Source: Patescibacteria group bacterium (GTDB lineage: Bacteria > Patescibacteriota > Minisyncoccia > Phycocordibacterales > JAKFXT01). From it: 64,000 nt of DNA. Made by a program: the position numbers and the translations under genes. Location: contig JBBTUX010000010.1 in assembly GCA_038063555.1 (NCBI GenBank), positions 22,936 through 86,935 on the forward strand, read 5' to 3'. Below the pieces are notes generated by a model. That model had not been told where the DNA came from. It worked only from the letters and a program-made list of their open reading frames with translations, and searched no databases. Position 1 is the first letter of the stretch; each line of letters starts with the position of its first letter. Shown piece after piece: positions 34,096 to 44,300 of the stretch.

Positions 34096-35910
34096 ATGGC
34101 TTTACTTGATTTTTTTAAATCCAAACCTAAAAACGAGCCGGGGTTAACGGCTATACTCCCTCAAGAGATTTATGAGTCCGGAGTGTTGGAGCTAAAGGAC
34201 GTTATAGCGCCTTCTGCTTTGAAGATTTCCCCGAAAGAAATAAATTTGGGAGAAAAAATCGTCAGAACTTTTTTTGTTATTTCTTACCCACGCTATTTGA
34301 CTGAAAGTTGGTTTGCTCCAATTATTAATCTTGATAAGGTTTTTGACGCATCTATTTTTATACACCCCATTGAAACTGCCAAAATTTTGCGACAATTCCA
34401 AAAAAAAGTGGCGGAGGTGCAGAGTCAAATACATGAGCGCGAAGAGAAGGGATTGGTTCGAGACCCCGTTCTTGATACGGCTTATCAAGACCTTGAGCAC
34501 TTGAGGGATTCTTTGCAACAAGCCCAGGAAAAAATTTTTGATGTTGGTCTTTATATTTCAATTTATGGCGATTCAAACCAAGAGTTGGACAAAGTGGAGT
34601 CCGAAGTTAAATCAATTCTTGAGTCAAAACTTGTTTATATGAAACCGGCTCTTTTTCAACAAGAGCAGGGTTTCCGAAGCGTTCTCCCCATTGGAACGGA
34701 TGAGCTTGGCGTTCATTCTAAATTAAATTCTTCTCCTCTTTCTAGCGTTTTTCCTTTTATTTCTTTTGACTTAACGTCGGACAAAGGGATTCTTTACGGT
34801 ATCAATCGCCACAACGCATCGTTAGTTCTTTTTGATAGATTTTCTCTTGAAAATTATAATTCCGTCACTTTTGCTAAATCTGGTTCGGGAAAATCTTATG
34901 CTACCAAGTTAGAGATTCTGCGAACGCTTATGTTTGACTCGGAAGTTATTGTGCTTGATCCAGAGAGAGAGTATGAGTATTTAGCCGAAGCTACAGGGGG
35001 ACGTTATTTTAATGTGTCATTAACGTCTGAACACCACATAAACCCATTTGATTTACCAATTCCAAGAGAAGATGAGTCAACGGCCGATGTTTTGCGCTCA
35101 AATATTGTTAATTTAGTTGGGCTGTTCCGTGTAATGATGGGAGGATTAAGTGCTGAAGAAGACGCTATTATTGACAGGGCAATTAGTGAAACTTATGCTC
35201 TCAAAGATATTACGCCGGATTCTGATTTTTCAAACATAGAGCCGCCTTTAATGTCCGACTTTGAATTAGTGCTGACAGGAATGGAGGGTGGTGAGAGTTT
35301 GGCGCAACGGCTTACCAAATACACCAAGGGAACTTGGGCCGGGTTTATAAATAGGCCGACAAATGTTGATATAAATAAAAAATTCGTGGTTTTTTCTGTG
35401 CGCGACATGGAAGATGAGTTGAAGCCCGTTGCCATGTATATTGTAATGCATTTTATTTGGAATGCTATAAGACGAGAACTCAAAAAACGTCTTTTGATAG
35501 TGGATGAGGCCTGGTGGATGATGAAATCCGAAGATACCGCTTCCTTTCTATACAGCTTGGTTAAAAGGGGGCGAAAATATTTCCTAGGAGTTGCCACAAT
35601 TACCCAAGACGTGGGAGATTTCTTAAAATCACCATACGGCATGCCCATTATTACCAACTCTTCACTTCAACTTCTTTTAAAACAATCACCATCCTCAATT
35701 GATGATGTGCAAAAAACATTTAACTTAACCGAGGAAGAAAAATATTTGTTGTTAGAAAGCGATGTGGGAGAGGGAATCTTCTTTGCCGGATTAAAACACG
35801 TGGCTATAAAAATAATCGCTTCTTATACTGAAGATCAAATTATAACGTCCGACCCTTCACAGATACTTTCTATTAGAAAAGCAAAAACCGAGCTTAGTTT
35901 GGCAAATTAA
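34096..35910 (+). CDS. VirB4-like ATPase
   Basis: Walker A AKSGSGKS, VLDPEREY, INPFD, Walker B LLIVDEAW, KRGRKY, TITQD. Confidence 0.9.
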   Translation: MALLDFFKSKPKNEPGLTAILPQEIYESGVLELKDVIAPSALKISPKEINLGEKIVRTFFVISYPRYLTESWFAPIINLDKVFDASIFIHPIETAKILRQFQKKVAEVQSQIHEREEKGLVRDPVLDTAYQDLEHLRDSLQQAQEKIFDVGLYISIYGDSNQELDKVESEVKSILESKLVYMKPALFQQEQGFRSVLPIGTDELGVHSKLNSSPLSSVFPFISFDLTSDKGILYGINRHNASLVLFDRFSLENYNSVTFAKSGSGKSYATKLEILRTLMFDSEVIVLDPEREYEYLAEATGGRYFNVSLTSEHHINPFDLPIPREDESTADVLRSNIVNLVGLFRVMMGGLSAEEDAIIDRAISETYALKDITPDSDFSNIEPPLMSDFELVLTGMEGGESLAQRLTKYTKGTWAGFINRPTNVDINKKFVVFSVRDMEDELKPVAMYIVMHFIWNAIRRELKKRLLIVDEAWWMMKSEDTASFLYSLVKRGRKYFLGVATITQDVGDFLKSPYGMPIITNSSLQLLLKQSPSSIDDVQKTFNLTEEEKYLLLESDVGEGIFFAGLKHVAIKIIASYTEDQIITSDPSQILSIRKAKTELSLAN

Positions 35911-35911
35911 T

Positions 35912-36454
35912 ATGGAGCAAACTCAAAAAATAGATAGAATTCCAAACGTATGGGCTTTTTTTATGGTTTCTGTTGCTATTATATTTGACCTTTTAGGTTT
36001 TGGCCTTGCTTTTATTCCAGTTGCTGGCTGGCTTATGGCTTCTGCTGTTGGCGTTGTTGCTTTTTTAACTTTCTTTCTATGGTTTACCTTTCGTGGTGCT
36101 GGATATAACAGCACAAGAAAAGTTGCTATTTCAGGCGGCGGATTTCTTGTGGAATTCATACCTCTTTTAAACGCTCTGCCAGCTTGGACTCTTTCCACCT
36201 CACTAATGATTATGGTTGTGAAAGGAGAGGATTTATTTGAAAATCAAAAAAATAAATTAAAGTTGAAACCAAAATATTATGGTCAAAAACTGACAGTGAA
36301 GCCCGCCGCAAATGATAGAAATTATAAAAGTAATTACACTTCTCCCTCAACACCTTCTCCTGTAAATGCTAGACAAAACCCACCCCTAACAAATCGTGGT
36401 TTCAAAGGCATTGCCTCGTCAGATGACACCTCTCGTTTTATTAAAGCTGCATAA
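35912..36454 (+). CDS. Membrane protein
   Basis: Hydrophobic N-half, EFIPLLNALPAWT. Confidence 0.7.
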   Translation: MEQTQKIDRIPNVWAFFMVSVAIIFDLLGFGLAFIPVAGWLMASAVGVVAFLTFFLWFTFRGAGYNSTRKVAISGGGFLVEFIPLLNALPAWTLSTSLMIMVVKGEDLFENQKNKLKLKPKYYGQKLTVKPAANDRNYKSNYTSPSTPSPVNARQNPPLTNRGFKGIASSDDTSRFIKAA

Positions 36455-36455
36455 A

Positions 36456-37463
36456 ATGACTATTTTTACCAAAAAAATTTTAGTGATACTTGCCCTAAGC
36501 TTTTTAAGTTTTTTACCAACCATTGCTTTGTCCCAAACAATAGATTCTTATAAAGATTCTTTGCGCACGGTTATCACTCCGCCAAACCCACAAGCCAATC
36601 AAACGATATCAATTCATCTTGAAAGCTCTCTCATTGACCTTTCTCTTTCCACTATAACTTGGAGTGTTGATGGGAAAGTGATACTTAAAGGAAAAGACCG
36701 TAGGGTATTGGAAACAAAACTTAAAGAAATTGGCAAAGAAACAAATATTTTGATTTCTGTTAACAGTCCCCTTTATGGCTCTTTTGACAAAGAAATAACT
36801 ATAAATCCGACCTCAATTAGCTTAATTTATGAAGCCAATACCTATACTCCTCCGTTTTATAAAGGAAAAGCTTTGCCTTCCTCTGAAAGCGTTGTTACGC
36901 TACTTGCTTTGCCACGCTTTATAAAAAACAATGGAACCCCAATTTCTTCTAAAGATTTAATTTTCACTTGGAAAAAAGAGGGTGTGGTGGACGGCGCCAA
37001 TTCTGGTTTGGGCAAAGACACTTATGTTTTTATAACGGGTAGATTACCGGAAGACACACCTTTAATTGAGGTTAGCGCTTTATTCCCCGAAGAAAGTCTG
37101 CGTGGCTACTCTTCAATTTTACTCCCTTCGTTTAACCCAGAAATTATTGTCTATGAAAATAATCCAATCCTTGGCGTTATTTTAAATAAAGCGATGTCTA
37201 ATGACAATCTTTTGTCAGGTAAAGAAATGTCACTTGTCGCTTACCCATATTTCTTTTCCGGAAAAAACAGAGAGTCAATCAATTTTGAATACGCGTGGTA
37301 TATTAACAATGAAAAAGTGGCTGATATTCCCCAAAACCAAAGCGGGCTAACCATAAGAAGCCCCGAGGGCAGCGGAACTTCCGCTTTGAGAGTGTCGCTT
37401 TCCAATATTAGAAAAATTTTCCAGGTCGCTTCAACAAATTTATTGGTAAAATATGGAGAATAA
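36456..37463 (+). CDS. Secreted beta-rich (Ig-like) protein
   Basis: Signal peptide, repeated 'W..D/NG' beta motifs, YTPPFYKGKALP. Confidence 0.7.
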   Translation: MTIFTKKILVILALSFLSFLPTIALSQTIDSYKDSLRTVITPPNPQANQTISIHLESSLIDLSLSTITWSVDGKVILKGKDRRVLETKLKEIGKETNILISVNSPLYGSFDKEITINPTSISLIYEANTYTPPFYKGKALPSSESVVTLLALPRFIKNNGTPISSKDLIFTWKKEGVVDGANSGLGKDTYVFITGRLPEDTPLIEVSALFPEESLRGYSSILLPSFNPEIIVYENNPILGVILNKAMSNDNLLSGKEMSLVAYPYFFSGKNRESINFEYAWYINNEKVADIPQNQSGLTIRSPEGSGTSALRVSLSNIRKIFQVASTNLLVKYGE

Positions 37464-37501
37464 AAACAGCTTTTAGGTTTCAGCTTTCAGCTTCTAGCTT
37501 T

Positions 37502-38164
37502 ATGATAAAAAAATTAAGAAAAATCGTTGGGAAAACTTTTCTAATAGTTGTGGTTTTTTTCGTTATCTCCTCGCCATTAATTGTTTCGGCCGAACCAACG
37601 GCAAAATGCAACCCCGACCAAAAAGACACATATTGTTTGCTGGCGCCCATCCCTTTCTTTGGCGATAGCGGAGACACCTACAAAACCGGCGACATTGGTA
37701 AATATGTAAAAGCTATTATAAATCTTTCTATTGTCATTGCGGCTGTTTTGGCAGTTGTAATGATAACCATAGGCGGTTTTAAATATATGACCAGTGAGTC
37801 TATTGGGCTAAAAGAAGAAGGTAAAAAAAACATAAGAGATGCCTTCTTAGGACTTGTAATTTTGACTTCGTCTTTCTTAATTTTAAAAACCATAAATCCA
37901 GAGCTTCTTAAATTTAATTTAAACATTCAAACAATCGGCGTTCCAGGGAACACGGCTCAACCAAAAAGCACTAGTCCTCCACTAATATATACAGAGGAGC
38001 AAAACAGACAGGGTTTGTATGAAGTAATCCCAGGAGTAGATCTTAAATCGACCCCCAACCTAACACGCGATCAATTCTATACAAACTGTACAGCTAAAGG
38101 AGGGAAGCCTCGTCCAGAAGGACTAGGTCCAGAAAGTCAAGTTTATCGTTGTTACAATAAGTAA
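37502..38164 (+). CDS. VirB2/TrbC-like T4SS pilin
   Basis: AAVLAVVMITIGGFKYMTS..EGKKNIRDAFLGLVIL..ILKTINPEL. Confidence 0.8.
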   Translation: MIKKLRKIVGKTFLIVVVFFVISSPLIVSAEPTAKCNPDQKDTYCLLAPIPFFGDSGDTYKTGDIGKYVKAIINLSIVIAAVLAVVMITIGGFKYMTSESIGLKEEGKKNIRDAFLGLVILTSSFLILKTINPELLKFNLNIQTIGVPGNTAQPKSTSPPLIYTEEQNRQGLYEVIPGVDLKSTPNLTRDQFYTNCTAKGGKPRPEGLGPESQVYRCYNK

Positions 38165-38166
38165 TT

Positions 38167-39390
38167 ATGTCTAAATCAACTGCCATCACAATTATTGTCG
38201 TCGTACTCTTGGCCATAAGCGGGGGCCTCGCTTGGTGGTATTTTTCATTGGGACAATCAGGAGTGGGGAACCAAAACAACGACAGTGGTGGAATAAATTT
38301 TTTCCCTTTTGGAAATAACAACGAACCAACGACCAACGACCAACAACTGACAACCGACAAAGAAAATCAAACGGAAAATGCTCCGGAAATTAGAGAGGTT
38401 TCGCGTTTGCCCGTTGCTGGGTTTTTACCACTTGTTGATAATTTAGGATTTCCTTTTGTTCGTTATGTTGACCAGGAAACTGGCAATTTATATGACGCCC
38501 CCCTTGAAATAGTTTCCAAAAAAAGAATAAGCAATACCACCATACCTAAAATCAGAGAAGTTCATTGGCTTTCTGGGGGAAATTCTTTTATTATGCGCTA
38601 CTTGGACGAAAAGGATTCTCTGCAAAGCTTTTATGCCACCCTAAAAGAAAATTCTTCCGCTGAAGGAAGTTTAACGGGACGCTTTCTATTAGAAAATATT
38701 TCTGACTTGAGTTTGTTTAGAACCAACAGTGCTTCAACAAAAATATTTTATTATTTAACAGAAAATTCCGTCGCCACAATGTTTTCCGCCGAAAGCGACG
38801 GTAGCAAGGCCACTCATGTTTACTCCTCCCCAATGAAAGATTGGTTACTTTATGGAATAAATGATTCTTTGGCTTATATTCAAACAAAGTCATCTGGTCT
38901 TGCCCCCTCCTTTGTTTTTTCTCTTAATATTAAAAATGGAACCGCAAACCCAACTCTTTCAAATTTTATTGGCCTTTCTATTCTTCCCAACAAAAAGGGG
39001 GACTTGATTTTATACTCCAGTACTCCTTTTGAATACCCTTTGCTATACATTTATGATGTAAACAAAAAAACTTCAACCCAAACCTCACTTAGAACTTTTG
39101 CTGACAAATGTCGCTGGAGTGAAAGTAATGTAAGTCGCATCATCTGCGCGGTGCCCACAAACATCCCGCGAGGAACTTACCCCGACGACTGGTATAAAGG
39201 CACAATATCTTTTAGTGATAATATTTGGGAAATTGATTCTGTTAGCGGAACGGCAAAGGAGTTGGTAAGTTTGTATAAAAATTCTTTCTTTTTTGACATT
39301 TCTTCTTTTTCTTTAAGCGACAAAGATAAATTTCTTATTTTGCAAGATAAAACAAACAACTCCCTTTGGAGCGTCCGCCTCAAACAATAA
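38167..39390 (+). CDS. Membrane-anchored beta-propeller-like protein
   Basis: N-terminal TM, repeated beta blades; in-frame heptamer array 38326-38360. Confidence 0.65.
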   Translation: MSKSTAITIIVVVLLAISGGLAWWYFSLGQSGVGNQNNDSGGINFFPFGNNNEPTTNDQQLTTDKENQTENAPEIREVSRLPVAGFLPLVDNLGFPFVRYVDQETGNLYDAPLEIVSKKRISNTTIPKIREVHWLSGGNSFIMRYLDEKDSLQSFYATLKENSSAEGSLTGRFLLENISDLSLFRTNSASTKIFYYLTENSVATMFSAESDGSKATHVYSSPMKDWLLYGINDSLAYIQTKSSGLAPSFVFSLNIKNGTANPTLSNFIGLSILPNKKGDLILYSSTPFEYPLLYIYDVNKKTSTQTSLRTFADKCRWSESNVSRIICAVPTNIPRGTYPDDWYKGTISFSDNIWEIDSVSGTAKELVSLYKNSFFFDISSFSLSDKDKFLILQDKTNNSLWSVRLKQ

Positions 39391-39411
39391 GCCCCTACAG
39401 TATCCCAAACA

Positions 39412-39456
39412 CAACCCCCATACCCCATAGGACTGTCCTATGGGGTATGGGGGTTG
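39412..39456. repeat. Perfect 22-bp-arm palindrome between convergent genes
   Basis: CAACCCCCATACCCCATAGGAC-T-GTCCTATGGGGTATGGGGGTTG. Confidence 0.85.
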
Positions 39457-39459
39457 CGA

Positions 39460-39951
39460 CTAAATATTTAGATTACTTTCCTTCGCCAAAGAAAGTTCTT
39501 TTTGTTCTACATATTTTAAAATTACATGGCGAAACTTACCGAAACCCTCCGATTGCGTAACAATGTTCGGATGGTCTTGAAAAACAGAGTGGACTATTCT
39601 ACGCTCAAAAGAAGGCATGGGGTCCATTTCCACGCTGTGTTTAAAAGTTAAAGCCCTGTTTCCAAGCATTGAAGCTACCCCCTTGACTCTTTCTTCGGCT
39701 TTTTTCCTATAACCGTTAACGTCAACAATTACCCCCATATCAACCCCCCTCTTTTTTTCAATTATCTTACGCAAAATATGATTAAGGGCCGAGAGCGTTT
39801 CTCCAGAATTACCAATCAGAATTGGGCTGTCTTTTGACTCAATGGAAAGAATTACCCTTTCCAAACTGTTCTCAACAGAAATTTCAGAGAAAGCAATAGA
39901 AAGGTTATTTAAAATAATTTCTAACTCCTTTTTTATATCTTCGGTCTTCAT
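39460..39951 (-). CDS. jag: Jag/KhpB (KH + R3H) RNA-binding protein
   Basis: LIGNSGETLSAL, DVNGYR, MPSFERRIVH; next to yidC. Confidence 0.9.
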   Translation of the reverse strand: MKTEDIKKELEIILNNLSIAFSEISVENSLERVILSIESKDSPILIGNSGETLSALNHILRKIIEKKRGVDMGVIVDVNGYRKKAEERVKGVASMLGNRALTFKHSVEMDPMPSFERRIVHSVFQDHPNIVTQSEGFGKFRHVILKYVEQKELSLAKESNLNI

Positions 39952-39965
39952 ATGACTTGCTCATT

Positions 39966-40688
39966 TTATACCGTGCGATGGCGCTTCAACGCAAGCTCTT
40001 GACCTATGGTAAAAATGTTGCTGACTACAAAATAAAGCGCCACCGCCGAAGACAAACTGTGACTAATTATTACAATTAGTATAGGAAAAAAATATTTCAT
40101 TTGAAACTGCATATTTCTAGCAAAGTCATCTTTAAAAGACGTTTTTTCACCGTCTTTTTTCGCTGGTGTGGCAGGAAAAGAAAGAATGGCCTGAATATAT
40201 TGAGTCACCCCAGCCAAAATAGCCAGAATCCAACTTTTTTGAGCCATGTCAAATATAAAAAACTTCATGGAAACAAACTCTGGAGACCCCACAAAAGAAT
40301 AAAGAATCTCTGGTTTTATAGAAGGGAGCCCTCCTTTATAAAAAATCCAATATAGGGCAATAACAACCGGTATTTGAATTACCAAAACAAGAATACTGGC
40401 AAAAGGGTTAACTTTTGCCTCCTTATACAAATCCAGAGTTGCCTTGCCTAGAGCCTGCCGATCGTCTTTAAACTTTTTCCTAATCTCCTCCATTTTTGGT
40501 TCTATACCCCTCATTTTTATTTGAGTCAAAAGAGCTTTTTTAGTCAAAGGAAAAAGAAGTAGTTTGACCAAAACCGTTGTCAAAATTACCGCCAAAGCCA
40601 CATTCCCCAACGGTAAAAGATCAATCAAAAAAACATTTAGATTATAAATGGGCTGATAGAATACAGTGAAAAAAATTCCTTCATTCAT
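39966..40688 (-). CDS. yidC: Membrane protein insertase YidC
   Basis: VKLLLFPL..KVNPFAS..IQIPVVIALY..LYFVVSNIFTIGQE. Confidence 0.93.
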   Translation of the reverse strand: MNEGIFFTVFYQPIYNLNVFLIDLLPLGNVALAVILTTVLVKLLLFPLTKKALLTQIKMRGIEPKMEEIRKKFKDDRQALGKATLDLYKEAKVNPFASILVLVIQIPVVIALYWIFYKGGLPSIKPEILYSFVGSPEFVSMKFFIFDMAQKSWILAILAGVTQYIQAILSFPATPAKKDGEKTSFKDDFARNMQFQMKYFFPILIVIISHSLSSAVALYFVVSNIFTIGQELALKRHRTV

Positions 40689-40702
40689 TTTGTCATTTTA
40701 AC

Positions 40703-41056
40703 TTATTTACTACTCCTTGGAAAAGATTTTTTCATAGAAAGCACGTTCTCTTTTATTCTTTCGGATATCGTTTTATAGGACAAGGAACTTGCTTCTTTTT
40801 TAATAAAACAAATTATGTTCACATTTTCCGGAAAAAACTCTTTGCGGTTTTTAAGAATATGAGCTACCCGTCTTTTGGTTTTATTTCTAAGGGACTTTTT
40901 TTTCTGCCAGGCACCACCCAAAACAACAGAAAACTTTTGTCCTTTATCTTCTCTTAAGGACACCCTAAATGTGAAGTTTGGGAAGTGAAAAGACTTGCCT
41001 TTTTTATATATAGAAGAGAAATCCTTGCGAGAAATCCTCTCTTTTTTAGGAAACAT
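40703..41056 (-). CDS. rnpA: Ribonuclease P protein component
   Basis: MFPKKERI..F..IYKKGK..RNKTKRRV; synteny between rpmH and yidC. Confidence 0.85.
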   Translation of the reverse strand: MFPKKERISRKDFSSIYKKGKSFHFPNFTFRVSLREDKGQKFSVVLGGAWQKKKSLRNKTKRRVAHILKNRKEFFPENVNIICFIKKEASSLSYKTISERIKENVLSMKKSFPRSSK

Positions 41057-41091
41057 AGACAATTTTCTTTAATTCCATCCAAGAGACAGAA

Positions 41092-41226
41092 TTAAACGCT
41101 GAGGCGTTTGCGCCTATTTCGACGACGACGAGTGATTGCCTTGCGACCACCTGAAGACCGGCTCCTTGCGAGAAATCCGTGCACCCTTGCTCTCTTTTTC
41201 TTTTTTGGTTGATATGTTTTGGACAT
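41092..41226 (-). CDS. rpmH: 50S ribosomal protein L34 (not in ORF track)
   Basis: Manual translation MSKTYQPKKKKRARVHGFLARSRSSGGRKAITRRRRNRRKRLSV. Confidence 0.95.
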   Translation of the reverse strand: MSKTYQPKKKKRARVHGFLARSRSSGGRKAITRRRRNRRKRLSV

Positions 41227-41397
41227 CGTGCGATTATAATCTTATTTTTTAACTTAATCAATCTTGGGTAAAGGTCTTTTTAAAAATAGAGGTTTCCACT
41301 ATTCACTCCTTTTCCACTTTTTATCACCACAAATCAAACGTTTTTGTAAGTGTTGCATTTTTTTCTCCTTTGTATAATGAATCTAATTTAAATAATT

Positions 41398-42738
41398 ATG
41401 TTTGACACCAAACAACTTTGGGAAACAGTTTTGGAAAACATTGAAACCGATGTTTCACAGGCAACTTTTAGCACTTGGTTTAAAGATACTGTCATTGTGA
41501 GAATAGAAGATGGCGTTGTTTTTCTTTCGGTTCCCAATCAATTTGTAAAAGAGTGGTTGGCAAACAAATATCACAAAGCCATACTAAAAAAACTGCGCGA
41601 AGGAGCTGAGCAAGTCAGAAATGTTGAGTATGTGGTTAGCAAAGAACCGCCCAAACAAGAAATTGCGAGTAAAAAAGTCAACAACCCAACAACCGAGATG
41701 CCTTTGGCTGATTTTTATGTGAACAAAGAAGACAACTTAAATCCTCGTTATACTTTTGATTCGTTTGTAGTTGGTTCTTTTAATGATTTGGCTTTTGCCT
41801 CGACCCAGGCTGTGATTAAAAAACCAGGAATCGCTTACAACCCACTTTTTATTTACGGAAACACTGGTTACGGCAAAACTCATCTGATTCAAGCGGTGGG
41901 AAATTATATTAAAAGCGTTTCTCCTAGTATGAAAGTTTATTATATAACTTCTGAAAATTACTATTTGGGGCTGGTGAATGCTATGCAAGAAAATAAAATA
42001 CCTCTTTTTAAAGAAAAATATAGAAAATATGATTTCCTTATAATGGACGATGTTCAGTTTTTATCCAACAAAGAAAAAACTCAGGATGAGCTTTTCCATT
42101 TATTTAATACTCTCTATGATAACAACAAACAAATAATTTTTTCTTCCGATAAACACATAAATCAAATACCGAATTTGGAAGACCGTATTCGTACCCGCTT
42201 TGGGGCAGGAATGATAGTGGATATTCAAGCCCCAGACTATGATGCCCGGGTCGCTATAATACAAAAAAAATGCCTTTCCCAAAACAACTCTGTTTCTCCA
42301 GAGATTGTTGAATATTTAGCCAGTTCTGATAATAGCATTCGTGAACTTGAGGGAGCCCTAAACACCATAACCTATCACATGCAGCTAAAAAACAGGATTA
42401 TTTCCTTGACGGAAATAAAAAATATTATAAGGGAAACCAGCAAACCCAAAAGGTCTTTTTCTGTTAAAGAGATTATCAAAACAATCGCTGATTTTTATGA
42501 TGTGCCAGAAAATAGTATTTATGAAAAAACCAGACGCAAAGAAGTGGTAAAGCCAAGGCAAATTATTATGTATATCTTAAGAGAGGACTTCAAAGTATCT
42601 TACCCTACCATAGGGGAGAAGTTAGGAGGTCGTGACCACACAACTGTGATTCACTCTTGTGAGAAAATAAAAAGGGAGTTAAAAACGGACACCACTTTAA
42701 TCGAAGAAATAGATTATATTAGGACAATGTTGAATTAA
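41398..42738 (+). CDS. dnaA: Chromosomal replication initiator DnaA
   Basis: LNPRYTFDSFVVG, YNPLFIYGNTGYGKTHL, DDVQF, IRELEGAL, GGRDHTTVIHS. Confidence 0.98.
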   Translation: MFDTKQLWETVLENIETDVSQATFSTWFKDTVIVRIEDGVVFLSVPNQFVKEWLANKYHKAILKKLREGAEQVRNVEYVVSKEPPKQEIASKKVNNPTTEMPLADFYVNKEDNLNPRYTFDSFVVGSFNDLAFASTQAVIKKPGIAYNPLFIYGNTGYGKTHLIQAVGNYIKSVSPSMKVYYITSENYYLGLVNAMQENKIPLFKEKYRKYDFLIMDDVQFLSNKEKTQDELFHLFNTLYDNNKQIIFSSDKHINQIPNLEDRIRTRFGAGMIVDIQAPDYDARVAIIQKKCLSQNNSVSPEIVEYLASSDNSIRELEGALNTITYHMQLKNRIISLTEIKNIIRETSKPKRSFSVKEIIKTIADFYDVPENSIYEKTRRKEVVKPRQIIMYILREDFKVSYPTIGEKLGGRDHTTVIHSCEKIKRELKTDTTLIEEIDYIRTMLN

Positions 42739-42937
42739 AGTTGGGGAAAAGTTATGTATAAAAAGAAAAAACTTTGGGAAAAACACGTCACTTATCAACA
42801 TTTAATTTTTAAAAAATGAAAAATTACAAAAAAGAAAAAAGTAATAAAGGTGTTGTTATTTTAAAGAAATAAATTATAAGTAATAAAAATGGCTTTTTTT
42901 AGGTTTATTAAATAATAAACAGAACTATAATACTAAT
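42739..42937. other. Candidate oriC segment (dnaA-dnaN spacer)
   Basis: Very AT-rich; degenerate DnaA boxes (TTATCAACA 42792-42800); TAA-type trinucleotide runs; canonical position. Confidence 0.5.
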
Positions 42938-44038
42938 ATGTATATAGAATGTCAGAAAGATAAATTAAGTGAGTTTGTTATAAGAGCAGAGAAAATAGCG
43001 AATAAAAACGCCAGTCTGCCAATTTTAGCATGCCTTCTTTTGGTAGCGAAAGATAAAAATATTATCGGTAAGGCTACAAATCTAGAAATTGGCGTCGAAA
43101 TGTCTATCCCAGCCAAAGTTAATAAAGAGGGGGTTGTGGCTATTTCCGCCAATATTTTTTCCCAAGCTATAAATAATTTACAAGGAGGAAAAACAGTTTC
43201 TTTGGAGGAAAAAAATGGTTTTTTGGTTATAAAAAATGATATTTCAGAAATTCAATTAAAAACACAATCGCCACAAGACTTTCCTTTAATACCAAAAGGG
43301 GAGGATGGAGAGGTTGTTAATTTTAAAATAAAAGATTTTGTTTATGGTTTAAAGACGGTTATCTTCAGTTCCTCTCTCTCAAGTATAAAACCAGAGCTTG
43401 GCAGTGTCTATGTTTACCCAGAAAACCAAGAATTAGTTTTTGTTGCCACAGACTCATTTCGTTTATCTGAAAAAAGAATTGTTTCTAAACAGATAAATAA
43501 TTTTCCCTCAATACTTATTCCTCAAAAAAACTGCTTAGAATTGATAAGAGTTTTTGATGGGCTTAATGAAGACGCCAATCTTTTTTTTGGTAAAAATCAA
43601 ATTAACATAAGCACAAGCACAACGCACTTTACCTCAAGAATTGTAGACGGGTCCTTCCCTGACTATAAACAAATCATTCCTAAAAAAGGAGAAACAGTTA
43701 TACATTGTTTGAAACAAGACTTGTTTGACGGTCTAAAAGCTATAACAGTTGTTTTTGATAAATTCAATCAAGTTACTTTTGATACAAAAATAAAAGAAGG
43801 ATTTATTATTCTTTCTTCTAAAAACACAGACGTTGGGGAAGGTGAATGTAAATTAAAAATAAAAGGAGAGGGCGAAGATATTGTTATTAGTTTTAATCAA
43901 CAATATATCAAAGAGTCATTTAGCGGTTTTACTGATGATTCTATAACCCTAACTTTTGGGGGGCCACATAAACCACTTTTAATTGAAGGGGGAAAAAGTA
44001 GTTATTTTCGATACTTAGTTATGCCTATGAATAGATAA
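42938..44038 (+). CDS. dnaN: DNA polymerase III beta clamp
   Basis: ATNLEIG, VATDSFRL, SRIVDGSFPDY, YLVMPM. Confidence 0.96.
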   Translation: MYIECQKDKLSEFVIRAEKIANKNASLPILACLLLVAKDKNIIGKATNLEIGVEMSIPAKVNKEGVVAISANIFSQAINNLQGGKTVSLEEKNGFLVIKNDISEIQLKTQSPQDFPLIPKGEDGEVVNFKIKDFVYGLKTVIFSSSLSSIKPELGSVYVYPENQELVFVATDSFRLSEKRIVSKQINNFPSILIPQKNCLELIRVFDGLNEDANLFFGKNQINISTSTTHFTSRIVDGSFPDYKQIIPKKGETVIHCLKQDLFDGLKAITVVFDKFNQVTFDTKIKEGFIILSSKNTDVGEGECKLKIKGEGEDIVISFNQQYIKESFSGFTDDSITLTFGGPHKPLLIEGGKSSYFRYLVMPMNR

Positions 44039-44042
44039 AAAA

Positions 44043-44297
44043 ATGAAATCCATAGCCGAAGTATTAAAGGGTTTCAAAATTCCCATACCACCAGAAAACA
44101 TAATTGAAAAACAAATAGAAGATTATATTTTTGACACCAAGAAAAGGAGAATAAAAGTAAAGATATCATTTCAAAATAAAATAATCTTTATTAAAACAGA
44201 CGCCTACTCCAAAAGAGAAATTTTAATTAAACAAAAAGAAATACTTGGAATAATTAAACAAAAATTTCCTAGAATACCAACAAAGACACTCAAATAA
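44043..44297 (+). CDS. Small basic protein, possibly DciA/DUF721-like
   Basis: 84 aa directly after dnaN; beta-beta-helix pattern; assignment by synteny only. Confidence 0.5.
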   Translation: MKSIAEVLKGFKIPIPPENIIEKQIEDYIFDTKKRRIKVKISFQNKIIFIKTDAYSKREILIKQKEILGIIKQKFPRIPTKTLK

Positions 44298-44300
44298 AAT

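Noticed and set aside
41046-41261. 71-aa ORF
   Set aside because: Wrong frame; the real gene is rpmH at 41092-41226.
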